Source of the DNA: Paraspadella gotoi
Taxonomy: Eukaryota; Animalia; Chaetognatha
DNA: 64,000 nucleotides
Direction of reading: 5' to 3'
NCBI GenBank assembly: GCA_051294375.1
Contig: CM119266.1
Location: 8,964,391 to 9,028,390 of the forward strand
The notes beneath the pieces were generated by a model, which saw only the letters and a program-made list of their open reading frames with translations, searched no databases and was not told the origin of the DNA. The position numbers and the translations under genes are program-made. Positions 1 through 14,498 of the stretch are shown in pieces (the first letter of the stretch is position 1; every line of letters starts with the position of its first letter).

Positions 1-377
1 TGAGAGTTAGATATCTTATTACTCTGATCGGTAGCATTATTGTGAAGGGAGATGTCTAGGATTTTCTGCTTCGGATATACTAAAAAAATTAAATAGTATA
101 TTTAATTAATCATGGAATGGGAGGATCGTTATGCAATATCAAATGGATCTTTGATTCCGTCAGACTCTATTGGATATCCCATTTAGTCTTAGTACTTACC
201 GCGATATCTTATCAGAATTCAGATAAAGAAAACTAAATAAGAATAGTTATTGCACAATGCACATTGCACAATACTCGTTTTACCAATGTTTATTTAAANN
301 NNNNNNNNTACAATTGTACATTGCACAATACTCGTTTGACAGTTTCCCAATGTTTATTTAAACTTCAACTTTCTTGG

Positions 378-892
378 NNNNNNNNNNNNNNNNNNNNNNN
401 NNNNNNNNNNNNNNNNNNNNNNNNNNNNNNNNNNNNNNNNNNNNNNNNNNNNNNNNNNNNNNNNNNNNNNNNNNNNNNNNNNNNNNNNNNNNNNNNNNNN
501 NNNNNNNNNNNNNNNNNNNNNNNNNNNNNNNNNNNNNNNNNNNNNNNNNNNNNNNNNNNNNNNNNNNNNNNNNNNNNNNNNNNNNNNNNNNNNNNNNNNN
601 NNNNNNNNNNNNNNNNNNNNNNNAACCATCGATTATTTGGCGCAAAACAGAAATAACCGACGCGGAATTGCGACTGTCGTAACCATGGCGACGCCGACGC
701 CGACGACAACGACGCCGACTAAGATCCCACCTCAAAACATCAACCTTTCCTCTTACATCGATTTATTCACCGAGAATAATTTTTGCCCAGGGCCTCTCTT
801 TTTTTTCTTTCTTTCTTTCGCTCTTTTTTTTTCATTTCCTTTTTTTTTCGATCTTTTTTTTCATGTTATCGGATGTTGTCTCCCTTTTTTTG

Positions 893-931
<39 letters not shown>

Positions 932-3918
932 TCTCTCTCTCTCCTTCTCCACCCCTCCCTCTCTCTTTTGAAAATATTAACTGAAAGATAAAAATATTCA
1001 GTAAATTTAACGGCTTCTCAGAAAATTACGCGGTTCGAAGCCAACTTCCCGGCGGGATACGGGATACGAACTGCAACAATAACCGCGCGCAGCGAATCCG
1101 TTAAACTTTTTAAGTCGAATTCNNNNNNNNNNNNNNNNNNNNNNNNNNNNNNNNNNNNNNNNNNNNNNNNNNNNNNNNNNNNNNNNNNNNNNNNNNNNNN
1201 NNNNNNNNNNNNNNNNNNNNNNNNNNNNNNNNNNNNNNNNNNNNNNNNNNNNNNNNNNNNNNNNNNNNNNNNNNNNNNNNNNNNNNNNNNNNNNNNNNNN
1301 NNNNNNNNNNNNNNNNNNNNNNNNNNNNNNNNNNNNNNNNNNNNNNNNNNNNNNNNNNAGAGTCACCTAATTAAGGGTGATGTGATAGTCATGTCATTTA
1401 AGGTGTTATGACCAATAATGGAAAATGGATAATTTCTATGAAAATAGCGGATTTCTTGTTTTACTTAGAAAATTACCAACTTTCTTGTTTCAATATTTAA
1501 TTTGACTCAATTTTAAAATTAATAAAAAATAAAATATTTTACATTAGTATTAAATTTAATTATTTGATTTATTTTATATATCGGTAATAAAATGGGGAGA
1601 ATGAGTTTGTATTTAGTTTTTTATTTCATACAATTCTATTATTCTTTATCGCTGTCGTGTTTACAGCCAGTTTCAAAAGTTCAAAGTTGATGTTNNNNNN
1701 NNNNNNNNNNNNNNNNNNNNNNNNNNNNNNNNNNNNNNNNNNNNNNNNNNNNNNNNNNNNNNNNNNNNNNNNNNNNNNNNNNNNNNNNNNNNNNNNNNNN
1801 NNNNNNNNNNNNNNNNNNNNNNNNNNNNNNNNNNNNNNNNNNNNNNNNNNNNNNNNNNNNNNNNNNNNNNNNNNNNAGAGAGAGAGAGAGAGAGCCTCTA
1901 ATCCGCGGCACTAGAGAGAAGAATTCTCCTTTCTCACCCAAAAACTGGTTTCGCTTTAATGTGAGCTTGGTGAGTTTAATAGCCTCCGAGGAGTTTTGGG
2001 TGAGGAAAGGGTCATAATGTGTTCTGGGTCGGGTGAGGAGAATAGTATAGATTTTGAGAAGAAAAGACTGCTGTTCCGAGACACAAGAAAGAATTTAATT
2101 TACTATCACGATTCACGATTAGTAGAAAACAAATTTTAATAATGATTCTTTCACACCTGTTAAGTTTTTCGGCTTCAACGTACCGAGTTGGGTTAAGATG
2201 TACATTCTAAAAATGATTATAACGAAACTTATAACAATTAAAATGACAGCGACAGGAAGAAAGAATGACGGTGAGATTGGCTGATGACAACGACGACAGT
2301 AATAACGACTGAACAAGAAGGGGAGGATGATGACGACGACGACGACGACGACGACGAAAACGACGACGACATTACTCGAAATCTGCCGGGTGACGATTGT
2401 CCCGCCTCTTAACGGCGAACGGTTTCCGTTTGAAGGTCATCATCATCGTCGTCGTCGTCGTCGTTGTCTCAGTCTCGAATATTCGTTGGGCGTCGCGCAC
2501 GCAGCGAAGAACTTGCGCGCGATTTACACGCGGAAAAATAGCGTTGTCGCACGTGGACGGTCCTATCGAGACCGCATGCAGACTCAGGTCATTGGTGTCT
2601 TGGAATTCTGTACAATTCCTCCACCTTGCTCGCACTGCAATCCAGTCAGCAGAAAGCCCTTGATGACTCGGCGATGCATTCGGCCAGGCCTTTCTCTGGG
2701 AAGACCCTCGCCAACCCGGATGTCGAAAGTAGGCGTAGCGGACGCGGCCATGGTGTGGCAATGGTATTTAAGTAGATAATAAAGTAGCGCCCTCCTACGA
2801 TTTTAGTTGCGGCGACCTACTACGCCACCGACGCCGCTTCGTCGCCGCCGCCTTCGATAACTTTATCGAGTTCAGTGACGATCGATTGAAGCCTCGACGT
2901 CGCATCGACGGGCGTCACGGCATGACGGTCCAATCCCGGTTATCGGCTGCTGGCGGCGCTGGCGGCGGCGGTGGCGGCGGCCGTTACTTCGCGTGATTTC
3001 GTTTCTCGTTTCTCGTCGATGGCGTCATGATGTATGGGGCGTCATTAATGCTTTCGCCGCCGCAAAATTGGATTTTTTCCCCATTGCCCGCTACCGCTAC
3101 CGCTACCGCTACCGCCGCCGCTACAACAGCCGCCGCCTCCTTGCCGCCGCCCTTCCAGCGATGGTTGACGGTTCCCGGATCGAGCATTGAATCGGGGAAT
3201 CAAGGTTCGTGGCCAAAATCCAGAATAGCGGGTATAACGTGANNNNNNNNNNNNNNNNNNNNNNNNNNNNNNNNNNNNNNNNNNNNNNNNNNNNNNNNNN
3301 NNNNNNNNNNNNNNNNNNNNNNNNNNNNNNNNNNNNNNNNNNNNNNNNNNNNNNNNNNNNNNNNNNNNNNNNNNNNNNNNNNNNNNNNNNNNNNNNNNNN
3401 NNNNNNNNNNNNNNNNNNNNNNNNNNNNNNNNNNNNNNNNNNNNNNNNNNNNNNNNNNNNNNNNNNNNNNNNNNNNNATGTCGGCTATGTGAAGAACCAA
3501 GCAGAATTTATAACGTGGGATGGAAAGATGAAGTGAGAGAGTCGCGTCCGGAAAGGCGAAGTTATGAAAGTACGGAGAGAGCGTGATTGAATAATAAATA
3601 TATATATATATATAATTATTATATATTTGATAAAAATGACATTTGCAAATTGGAAAAAAAACAATATAAAAAATAAAGAAACGAAATTCTAATTAATAAA
3701 AAAAAAAAATTATAAAATGATTCGAAATAAATTGAAAGTAAAAATAATTTACATTAAAAGTTTATAAAATAATTCTTGCCATTTTAGTCTTTTCTTGATA
3801 ACAACCGTCGCCCGATTCTGAAATGGCCATGAGGAGGAATAACGCCATCGCGCGGTCCGCAAATTTTTCCAATTTCGGTGCCGTGCGGCGCCAAACGTTG
3901 AAGGGTTCGGCTCCAAAA

Positions 3919-3953
<35 letters not shown>

Positions 3954-6603
3954 NNNNNNNNNNNNNNNNNNNNNNNNNNNNNNNNNNNNNNNNNNNNNNN
4001 NNNNNNNNNNNNNNNNNNNNNNNNNNNNNNNNNNNNNNNNNNNNNNNNNNNNNNNNNNNNNNNNNNNNNNNNNNNNNNNNNNNNNNNNNNNNNNNNNNNN
4101 NNNNNNNNNNNNNNNNNNNNNNNNNNNNNNNNNNNNNNNNNNNNNNNNNNNNNNNNNNNNNNNNNNNNNNNNNNNNNNNNNNNNNNAATGAAACACGACC
4201 AGCTCCCTCCGGCATTATGCAGTCTCACCTGCAAACTCTCCGACTACTAAACTGTGAAAAATCTTTAACATTAAACAAATATCAGATAATCAAAATGTAT
4301 ATATTGGGATTTGTATGTATTAAGGCGTAGTGAAAGTTGCTGATCAAAATTCGAATAGTTAATCATGAAATGTCTTGGACTAAAGAACATTGATATATAA
4401 AAAAAATTATTTTAAATGTCTTAATTTTCGCATTTCTAAAAATTCCAAAAACTATATTTTTTATACTAAAATTTAATTATAGATTAATAATTATAGTTTT
4501 TTATGATTTTGACCCAATTAATGAAATAATTTTCTAAAAAGAGTTATATTTCCTTATATCAACTTTTCGTGAGGAACTCTAATCTGCTTTTAAAAATAAG
4601 AAAAAAGCATTTTAAATTTTTTACATTTTTTATGGTGAGTACTATGTATAAATATGGGCGTATGCGAAAATAGAAAAATAAAATTTAATGTTTTTTTATT
4701 TAAAAATGTTCACAGGTACAAGCCTGTTCATGATCTAATTTTGATTCTACTTGATTTTAATATTTTTGCTACGCTTTATTATGTATACATTATAATCTCA
4801 ATCATCAAATCATCATCATTATCATCATCATCTTCGTCGTCGTCATCGTCGTCGTCGTCGTCGCCGTCCTTCCAGACTGAATGAAAATTTGAGATTTAAT
4901 CTGGAAACGAGGACCTTCGTCGTCTCGCCGAGTCTCATTTCTGAGAAATTCTTTCTCATTTCTGGGAAAAGCTCCACGGATTTCGAGTTTCATCTTCCGT
5001 TAGATATGAAGACGACGTCGTTAATGAATTAAAAACCAAAAGTCGAGTTGATTTAATTTGATTTTTGATTAGAGGCGATGAAGAAGGGAGACTTGGTTTT
5101 TGCGGGGGATATATGTACATTATATATCTATTATACAATTATATATGCTGTTCAGTGAATTTATAAGATAAGCGCAAATTTAAATAAATAAGAAAAAAAA
5201 TAATAAACAAGATAATAGTTTATCCTTATATCAAAGGGCTTTATGGAGAAAAAAGAAAGTTTTCTTTCTAATAATACTAGATGGCGCGGCCATTTTACGT
5301 TTTCCAGTCCGCGAGAGAAATAAAAAAAAAAGAAAAATATTAAGAATCGAAACGAAATAAAAATGAGCGAATAAAATATTGCGAGAGAGAAAGAAAAAAA
5401 AAACTCCCGGGAAAGAATTATGATCGTAATTCGATGGAGGAAATGAGATCGTTNNNNNNNNNNNNNNNNNNNNNNNNNNNNNNNNNNNNNNNNNNNNNNN
5501 NNNNNNNNNNNNNNNNNNNNNNNNNNNNNNNNNNNNNNNNNNNNNNNNNNNNNNNNNNNNNNNNNNNNNNNNNNNNNNNNNNNNNNNNNNNNNNNNNNNN
5601 NNNNNNNNNNNNNNNNNNNNNNNNNNNNNNNNNNNNNNNNNNNNNNNNNNNNNNNNNNNNNNNNNNNNNNNNAGAGAGAGAGAGAGAGAGAATGGGTTAG
5701 GGAGATCATGTGAAGGAAAGAAACCGAGAGGGTTATCGGAATGGGAGAGAAATAGAAAAAAATAAGCATAAAATAAGGAAAGAAAAAAATTTTAAAAATG
5801 CAGGAAAGCTTAAAAGCAAGAAAGCAACAATGCAAGAAAATAAGAAAGAGAGAATATAGGGAAGAAAATAATAATAAAGAGACATAGCAAAATAGAAAGA
5901 AAGATAAGTAGGGAGATGAATGGCATTTAAACAAAGACTCTTACATTCTCAGAACGATAATCAGTTTGATAAACAAAGGATGGATGTATATTGACATACA
6001 AACAACTTCCACATCGCTGGTTTCGTTAAAATGTCTCACCACATTAACGCAAATTTACTCGCGTCGTTTTTTTCATTTCAAGACCAGGTTCNNNNNNNNN
6101 NNNNNNNNNNNNNNNNNNNNNNNNNNNNNNNNNNNNNNNNNNNNNNNNNNNNNNNNNNNNNNNNNNNNNNNNNNNNNNNNNNNNNNNNNNNNNNNNNNNN
6201 NNNNNNNNNNNNNNNNNNNNNNNNNNNNNNNNNNNNNNNNNNNNNNNNNNNNNNNNNNNNNNNNNNNNNNNNNNNNNNNNNNNNNNNNNNNNNNNNNNNN
6301 NNNNNNNNNNNNNNNNNNNNNNNNNNNNNNNNNNNNNNNNNNNNNNNNNNNNNNNNNNNNNNNNNNNNNNNNNNNNNNNNNNNNNACTCCTCACGCCAAC
6401 CTCATTTCCCGGTCTCTCCGCTTCACGACGCCAACTTCCAGTCTCTCTTTCGCTCGCCCGCGACGCCAGGCCGCGGCGGCGCGGCCCCGATCGAGCATAT
6501 GGGGCGTAAAATATAAAAATGGTTTAAATCGACGGTCATAAAACTCGGACAATGGACTCTGGTTCATCAAAGAGAAGGCGACGCCGCCGCCAGAGTTAAT
6601 TCG

Positions 6604-6653
<50 letters not shown>

Positions 6654-7604
6654 GAGAGAGACGGTGGAATTACCTAGCGATATAAGAGCTCAGGGGCCTA
6701 GCGGGGCCTAGTTTGGGCCGGGCCCGGAGAAGGCTAAGAACGATGGGAGGATTCGATGAAGCCTGGGGGGATCTATGCAGGGCCCTGGGAATGATCAGTC
6801 CCGCTGGATAACTTGCATTTCTTACTGCGATGTCAGTTTTGTTATGAACTCAGTTTTTTTCGTATATTTGGAAACTTAAATGTAAACATAATAAACTCGA
6901 CTGTGAGAGAGTCTTGCAGGATCCAGTAAGAGCCAAAGCCTGTCCAAAGTTCTGGACAAGATAGCTTACTTAGAAAATACTACTATCAATTTCATAGTAG
7001 AGTATAGTTGAATAATGGTAGAAGACTTTTTAATCGCTAATCAGGTTAAGACTTAAGTAAGCGGGCCGTCGTTATCCTTTCGGTTCTTTGTTATTAATTT
7101 GGTTTTTCTTATCAATTTAATCCATTCTGAAAAAAAATTGTGAAAAAACTTCGAGAATTCGAAAATCGTTACTAACAATATTAAAATAAACAAAGAAACA
7201 GGTGATGATAAATTTCTGACGATATGTATTACGTGCAAAAAGCTACGACCCCGTAAGAACAGGACGCCATATTTTAGAAGCTCGAAAAAGAAGCTCATAA
7301 AGAAATAAAAAAAAGAGAAGCAATAAAGAGAACAATGAGGCGGCAATCCGCTCGTTTCTCGACGGGGGAACCACCTGCTTAAATTTTTAATTCGCCAGGC
7401 ATTAAAAGGNNNNNNNNNNNNNNNNNNNNNNNNNNNNNNNNNNNNNNNNNNNNNNNNNNNNNNNNNNNNNNNNNGAAAAATAGAAGGGAGGAAAAAAGTA
7501 AAGAAAGAAACAAAAAAAAACGAGAGAAAAGAAAAAATAGAAAGATAGAACGAAATATAGAAAGAAGTGGAAAAAGGGAGAAGAGAAAAAGATAGATAGA
7601 AAAA

Positions 7605-7681
<77 letters not shown>

Positions 7682-8139
7682 AAATGAATGAATGAAGACA
7701 GAGAGAATGAAGGAGGTAAAAAAAAGAAAAAGAAAAAAATGGGGGAAAAAAAATTCCCTAGATTCAATTTTTTGCGCGTCAGATTTTATGATTTTTTTTT
7801 TCCGGAAGGAGATTCTTTACACTTGGACCGGACACGGACAGGGCAGGACGGACAGGNNNNNNNNNNNNNNNNNNNNNNNNNNNNNNNNNNNNNNNNNNNN
7901 NNNNNNNNNNNNNNNNNNNNNNNNNNNNNNNNNNNNNNNNNNNNNNNNNNNNNNNNNNNNNNNNNNNNNNNNNNNNNNNNNNNNNNNNNNNNNNNNNNNN
8001 NNNNNNNNNNNNNNNNNNNNNNNNNNNNNNNNNNNNNNNNNNNNNNNNNNNNNNNNNNNNNNNNNNNNNNNNNNNNNNNNNNNNNNNNNNNNNNNNNNNN
8101 NNNNNNNNNNNNNNNNNNNNNNNNNNNNNNNNNNNNNNN
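378..8139. other. Region fragmented by ~10 assembly gaps (mostly ~180-300 N)
   Basis: N runs, often abutting microsatellites. Confidence 0.98.
7605..7675. repeat. (GAAA)n microsatellite (others at ~11392-11482 and 41415-41515)
   Basis: Directly visible. Confidence 0.95.
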
Positions 8140-9226
8140 CTCTCTCTCTCGTCGGGTCACCGACTTTAAACGAATTCGAATTTACTGGAGTGACGATGAG
8201 AGCGGGCTGGTAGGGCGGTGGCTGCGCTGAAGCGACGGAAGGTGACTGCAGCGGTGGCTGATGCAGCGGCGGCTGCTGCGGCGGAGATGGTTAAATTGCG
8301 CTTGCGTTCGGGTTCGGCGAATCTTCCCGTGAAAAGTTGTTTTTCGTTCCGCATCCTTAATCTCGATTCGAGACGTTTCACGGAATTCCGTTTCCTGGGG
8401 TCGTTTTGGTTTTTGTTTTTTGTTTCTGTTTCTTCTTTCATAAACAATTTTAATCCTGCATTTATTACCGGTTCACTAATGTTTATAAATTAATATTAAT
8501 ATTATTATTAATATTAAACCTTTAGGGCATTAGAACACAAATTTATCAAAGCTTAATCAGAAAACGACAATATGCAAATGAGATTGAGGAACTCATCTCA
8601 GTTGAGATAATCCACAAATTTATCTGCTGCACTTACTAAACCCTGGTTCATTACTAATTTTTTTTTTTACAATCAACAATCTTTCACAGTCAAGCCTTTG
8701 GTCCTACATGGCAATATGATTAAAACATTTCTGTAAGCAAAGAATATTTCGAAATGGAAAACGCTTTCTCTGTAGTTGTATTAATGTCCTAAATTCATAA
8801 ATATTGTGTATTCACATTTTTCCAGGTTTTCCTTTCCGGTTTTTTAAAAACTGATCGACCGAATTTCTCCTGCAACTTTTTTCTGAAACATGAAGACAGA
8901 TTTTCTTTTGATGGAATTTTCCAATTTCCTCTCACTTTCAGAGATTCTGAAGAAAATTATTGTTGTTAAACTTAGTCATTCATGGGAAATTTCTCTTTTT
9001 AATTTTTCTGAAAACATCTATTACCTCCGTCTTTGATTGTCAATTTCTTTGATTTTCTTTTACAATCTTTCAAAGTAATTTTACTCTAATACGACGAATT
9101 ATTTGGAAAAGATTTTCTCACTTTTTTTTTTCTCTTGCCATCCATGACTCAATTTACACTTTATTTAATTATTTTTCCTACTTATTTTCTCGACTGTTAC
9201 TCGTTCTCGTGAATAATTTTTAACGA

Positions 9227-9299
9227 TTGACCGCGAACGACGTTGATTGGTCGTTTAAATCTTAAATGACCGCGAACGACGTTGATTGGTCGTTTAAAT
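9227..9299. repeat. Short direct duplication (TGACCGCGAACGACGTTGATTGGTCGTTTAAAT x2)
   Basis: Two copies with a ~39-bp period. Confidence 0.9.
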
Positions 9300-9608
9300 A
9301 AATCGAAACGGTTTATGGTCGTTTAAACGTTAAACGATTCAGAATAATTAATAAATATGATTTTCTTTTTTTTTTTTGTCTCAGTTTAAGAATAGCACGA
9401 TGACTAACCTCAGTCAATAGAAATTCTTAGTGACACGATAAAAAAATAAACCAAATCAAATAAAATATAAAAGAAAACATTAAACAAAATTCAATTTTAT
9501 TGTTTGTTTTTTTTTATTCGGTCTCTAAAAATCGAGACAAGAAGCAAAGTTATTCTAAGCCTCAAGACGAGAAAGATAAACCCTCTGGAGGGATTAGAAG
9601 GCTAAGTC

Positions 9609-9723
<115 letters not shown>

Positions 9724-10704
9724 AACTATTTTTTCTTCTAACTCTCGCATTATCACCTCCTGTCTTTAACGCCCTGCTCGCGCATTAACCTCCAACGGCC
9801 ATCAACACTCCCGCTGCACTCCTCCTTTCCCCCCCCCTTTTTCCCCGTTTCACTTCCATCCCCCAATCTCTCCTTGCCACAGCGGCGCGCGCCAAAAATG
9901 GGCGTGGCTCGTTCATCCGGATACAGGCTGGAGTCGTTCGTGCGCCGCGGCGTTACGCTTCCGGTGGGGCGAGGCCGTGTCACGTACCTTTGGCTTTCCC
10001 GCCTTCGATCTCTTTTCCCAGTCCCGGGGTTTTTCTCGTTGTTGTTGTTGTTGTAGTTCAAGTCGTTTTTTCGACTTTTCGTCTTTTTTAGTTTTTCTAG
10101 TTTTAGATAATGTATTTCCGTTCGTTTTTAACGTCATATTAAAATCTGAAAGTACACGTATTTTCTTTGGCTATCTTTATTTAATATTTAGCAATGCTAC
10201 ACGTTTCATAATTCTCTTACTTATTTTTTATCTATCTTCTTTTATATGATGTAATCATTCTATTTCGGTCGCATTGCGCGTTCAACAATAGTTTTTTTAA
10301 AATAAAAAAAATAAGTATGTTCATCGAATTGACAACTATTCTTGAGCTTATTCTAGATTTAAGGTGCGTTTTTGTCTTCGTTTTTCATCATAGGCACACT
10401 TGGCACAGTATCATATCATACATCATACATAATTAAAAAAAAATACATGGCAGAAAATACAGTACGCTCCTCTCCCTTCCATCATTCTCTGACAAGAAAA
10501 GATACGACGTCGAGAAGATGGAACAGTCAGCCAGAATTTAGATCCGGCTGGCGAGGTGTCTACCGACGGGAGGATGTTGCACGGGGGCGTAGATCGAGAG
10601 AAAAGGAGGGACGAATGAAGTAGAGATGGTGGACAGACATCTCCCCGACTCGTCTCTAACCCAGATATTTAATCACAATAAAAGACCCAAAAATTACGTT
10701 CGCG

Positions 10705-10735
<31 letters not shown>

Positions 10736-10768
10736 TCCTCTCTCCTCTCTCTTCTCTCTTCTCTCCTC

Positions 10769-10820
<52 letters not shown>

Positions 10821-10929
10821 TCTCTCCATCTTTCTCTTCTATCTCTCTCCTGGGAAGGGATTATCAAAACGGACATCAGGGAGGAGATGAGTTTCTCATT
10901 ATTATTCGACCATCGAGAGTCCTGCGCTC

Positions 10930-11330
10930 TTTTCGCTTTATCGCTACGAATGATTGCTTCATCTCACCATCGTTTCATTGCTTTATTTTATTTGCCGATG
11001 ATGTTTTATCGCACCATCAGTTCATTGCTTTATCGGACCAACGCTTCATTGATTTATTAGATTAACTAATTATTGTGTTATCACACCATTGCTTTATCGC
11101 TTTATCGCATCATCTCTTCATTGCTCTCGTGCATTGGCAAACGATTGCTTCATTGCTTTATCGCACCATCGCTACAGTACTTTAACGCATCGGTAAATGA
11201 CTGCTTTATGGCACCGTCGCCTGACTGCTTTTCAAAACGTGTTATCGCATGACTGCTTCGTTGAAGTATTTGCTCAACTGCTTTAACGCGCTATTACTTA
11301 GATGCTTTGTGACGATATTGATGCTTTATT
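10930..11330. repeat. Degenerate minisatellite (TTGCTTTATCGCACCATCG/TTCATTGCTT motifs)
   Basis: The motifs recur many times with variation. Confidence 0.7.
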
Positions 11331-11389
11331 CGTGATTAGAAATTTAAATAAAAAACAAAGAAAAAATTTTAAAGGGGAAAGAAAAAAAG

Positions 11390-11484
<95 letters not shown>

Positions 11485-11577
11485 GGGGAAAAAATCGGAA
11501 AGAAAAAGGAGGAGGAAAGCGAGAAAAATTAGGGACGGAGGCGCCATCTACGTGGAGGAATAAATTCTCGTTATCCC

Positions 11578-11631
11578 ACGACGACGACGACGACGACGAC
11601 GACGATGATGACGACGAGGACGAACTCATAA

Positions 11632-11677
<46 letters not shown>
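11578..11677. repeat. Opposed (GAC)n and (GTC)n tracts forming a potential hairpin
   Basis: (ACG)n at ~11578-11622 and (GTC)n at ~11635-11676 are mutually complementary. Confidence 0.8.
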
Positions 11678-12717
11678 CCTCTGTCGGCGACGAGGTCGAG
11701 AGAAGAATCCGAATGAGAACGGACCTGATAAAAGAGCGAGCGTTTTCCCTACAGATGTCTCTTTACAGATGTCGTCTTTACAGACGTTTTTAACCCGTGA
11801 AAACGAGGCCTTCTCCTCCTCCGATCACCGTGAGGTTCACGCCGTGAGACTGAAAACCCTTCTCTTTTGTTTTTTTCCGCCTTCAGTTTTTTTTTTTTTT
11901 TTCACGTGATTACAATTTCGCTCCGTTTCTCTTTCGCCGCAGAAATGAAACTTGGTCGTTTCACGCGGAAGAAAAAGAAAATGGACGAAGGGAAAGAAAA
12001 AAAAACTAGTTTTCCACTTTTGTTCACAACCTATTTTTGTGAAAGGGGGAAGGTGTGGTCGTGGTGGGGTGGGGGCTGTTGGTAAATAATAGCAAGTTCT
12101 TTGTGAGTCTTCCATGGTCTTGCTACATTATTATCTTGTAAAAGGTCTGCAGGCCTTAAACCCATCATCGCCGTTCACAGTCATAGGGAAAAATTGCTTC
12201 AGTGAATTTTAAATTGTATATATTTCGTTAAATTCTGAATAACTACATACGCCCTTTAAGGCGAAATAAAGTTAGATAGGCTGCAATGAGCGAAATTTCG
12301 CCGCCTTCTATAAAAGTTTCTCTTTCCGGTATTAAAGTATTAAACTACTGTAGTATAACCAGTGAAAAAACTAATTTTTTCAAACTAACTCACCCAAAAG
12401 TTTCTTTTCTTAAAAAAAGCCATTTAAACTGCGTTTTTTTTGGTTTTTTTTATCTTCTTTTTTAAGTTTTCTTTCTTTTTTCTGAGGCAAAAAAAAAAGA
12501 AAAAAGAGAGAGAAGCTGGCCGGAAGAGAAATACCTGCCGCCCCGAGTTCAGAGGTTTCCTTCCTTTTTTTTCTTTTCTTTTTCTTCTTTCTTTTCTATC
12601 CATTTTTAGAGGAACGAACGACCGCGGGCCTCTTAAACTTTCTTTCCTTAAACACAACAACCTGGGAAAAATTTTATGGCCCCCCCCCACCCTCCCTCGC
12701 TTCTGAAAAGAGAGAGA

Positions 12718-12804
<87 letters not shown>

Positions 12805-12944
12805 TTAGTATTCAGGGAAATGTCTGGCGGAGACTGACTCGAGCAAAATAAATGCAATAACTTGGAGCGGAAAAAGATATAAATAAATTTCCTGTCCGTT
12901 TTTTCGGCATAAAAGGATTTGGAGAAGACGATAGAGGAGAAGGA

Positions 12945-13100
12945 GAAGAAGAGGAGGTGGAGCCAAGGGGGGGGAGAGAGAGGGGAGAGGGGAGAAGGAG
13001 AAGAAGTGGAGGGGAGCCAGGGGGAGAGAGAGAGGGGAGAGGGGAGAGGGAGAAGAAGTGGAGGGGGAGCCAGGGGGGGGGAGAGAGAGGGGAGAAGGGG
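12945..13100. repeat. Purine-rich ~52-bp tandem repeat x3 with G-runs
   Basis: GAAGAAGTGGAGGGGAGCCAGGGGG..AGAGAGAGGGGAGAGGGG recurs three times. Confidence 0.75.
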
Positions 13101-13711
13101 CCCCGGGGAAAAAGGAGTCGAAGATCGATGGGGAGGAATTTAGATGAAGAATTGAGAAAAAGGACAAAAGTTAAGAGAAAGAATTTTGGATTTAGTTTTT
13201 GGACAAAGAAAAAAATTGGAGCTACATATTTGCTCTTACGCTGCTCGACTTATGGCGTAAGAGCTAGCAGTCTCTCTTCCCACTAAGCGGTGCTCAGTTC
13301 GCCCCCCAGTAATTCTTATTGGTTGACATATGAACGAGACGTCTTTAATAATTTTAAGTGTTCGACTACAGTCATGTTCTAAATTCTGAAACAAGAACAG
13401 ACGCTAATTTGTTTTGCTTGGGTGGCAATAAGAGAAACAAAAAAGGGATAAAATTGAAGGAATGATTTAGTAAAAATTGTCACGATAGTCAGAACAAATG
13501 GAAGGAATTATGTGTGGCTCAGAAAACGGAAAAGATCGAGTGAGGAAGCATTTGGGAAAGGAAAGATAGATTTAGGACAGGGGTAAATATTTTTTTCAAA
13601 GCAGAAAGGGAAAGGGGTGAAGGGAAAAGCGAAAACAATTTTTTTGTTTATCGTCGTCAACTTGATTTGTTTTATTTCGCTGTCAACGAATTTTTCGAAT
13701 TTGGAGTAAAA

Positions 13712-13745
<34 letters not shown>

Positions 13746-13967
13746 ACGCACCTCTTTCCTTCACTCGCCGGGCGCCGCTGGCTATGAATTAGGTTTAGTT
13801 TTTTTACCCATTTCGTTGATGCAAATTGTCAGGTTTTATTAATCACTGTTTTTAACTGACGATTGTAACAAGTTACACAAATGGGTTTTTTTTGTTCCTG
13901 AATTCAACCCAAGGAAACAACGGGTAGATGATTTAGCCCGCTCAGTCATTGAGACAGTGAGGCCAAG

Positions 13968-14045
13968 TGATGAGGCCTAATATGAGGCCAAGTGATGAGG
14001 CCTAGTGATGAGGCCTAATGATGAGGCCAAGTGAGGAGGCCTACT
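13968..14045. repeat. 13-bp tandem repeat (GATGAGGCC[T/A]AGT-like), ~6 copies
   Basis: Directly visible. Confidence 0.88.
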
Positions 14046-14389
14046 CTTTTAACTCTTTGATCCGAATCTCATCATCGCTTAAATCATCAGGATGAATGAG
14101 AGAAAAAAAACTCATACATTTTTCCCTCATTCTCTCCTCAGCATTCATGAAGCAGAGGGTTTTTATTTTGACCGTTTGTTCCTCCCTCCCGGTTTGACTT
14201 TACCAGTAATTTGTCTACTTTTTTATCACATTACTTTTTATATTTAACATTCACCATTATCTTTTCCGGTCTTCTGAAGTTTTCCTACATTTTAAGCTGC
14301 TTTTTGCTATTTTAATACACTTTAACTTGCTTTAATCCACGTCACTTTTCCTAGCTCCATCCCGCTTTTAAATCCGCATTTTCTTCCTC

Positions 14390-14498
<109 letters not shown>

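Noticed and set aside
1025-1075. tRNA/SINE suggested by B-box-like GGTTCGAAGCC
   Set aside because: No cloverleaf or convincing A-box.
264-8230. ORFs containing X runs
   Set aside because: They are open only because they cross N gaps.
13968-14045. TGATGAGGCC as a hammerhead core
   Set aside because: Simple tandem repeat; no CTGATGA, stem II or GAAA box.
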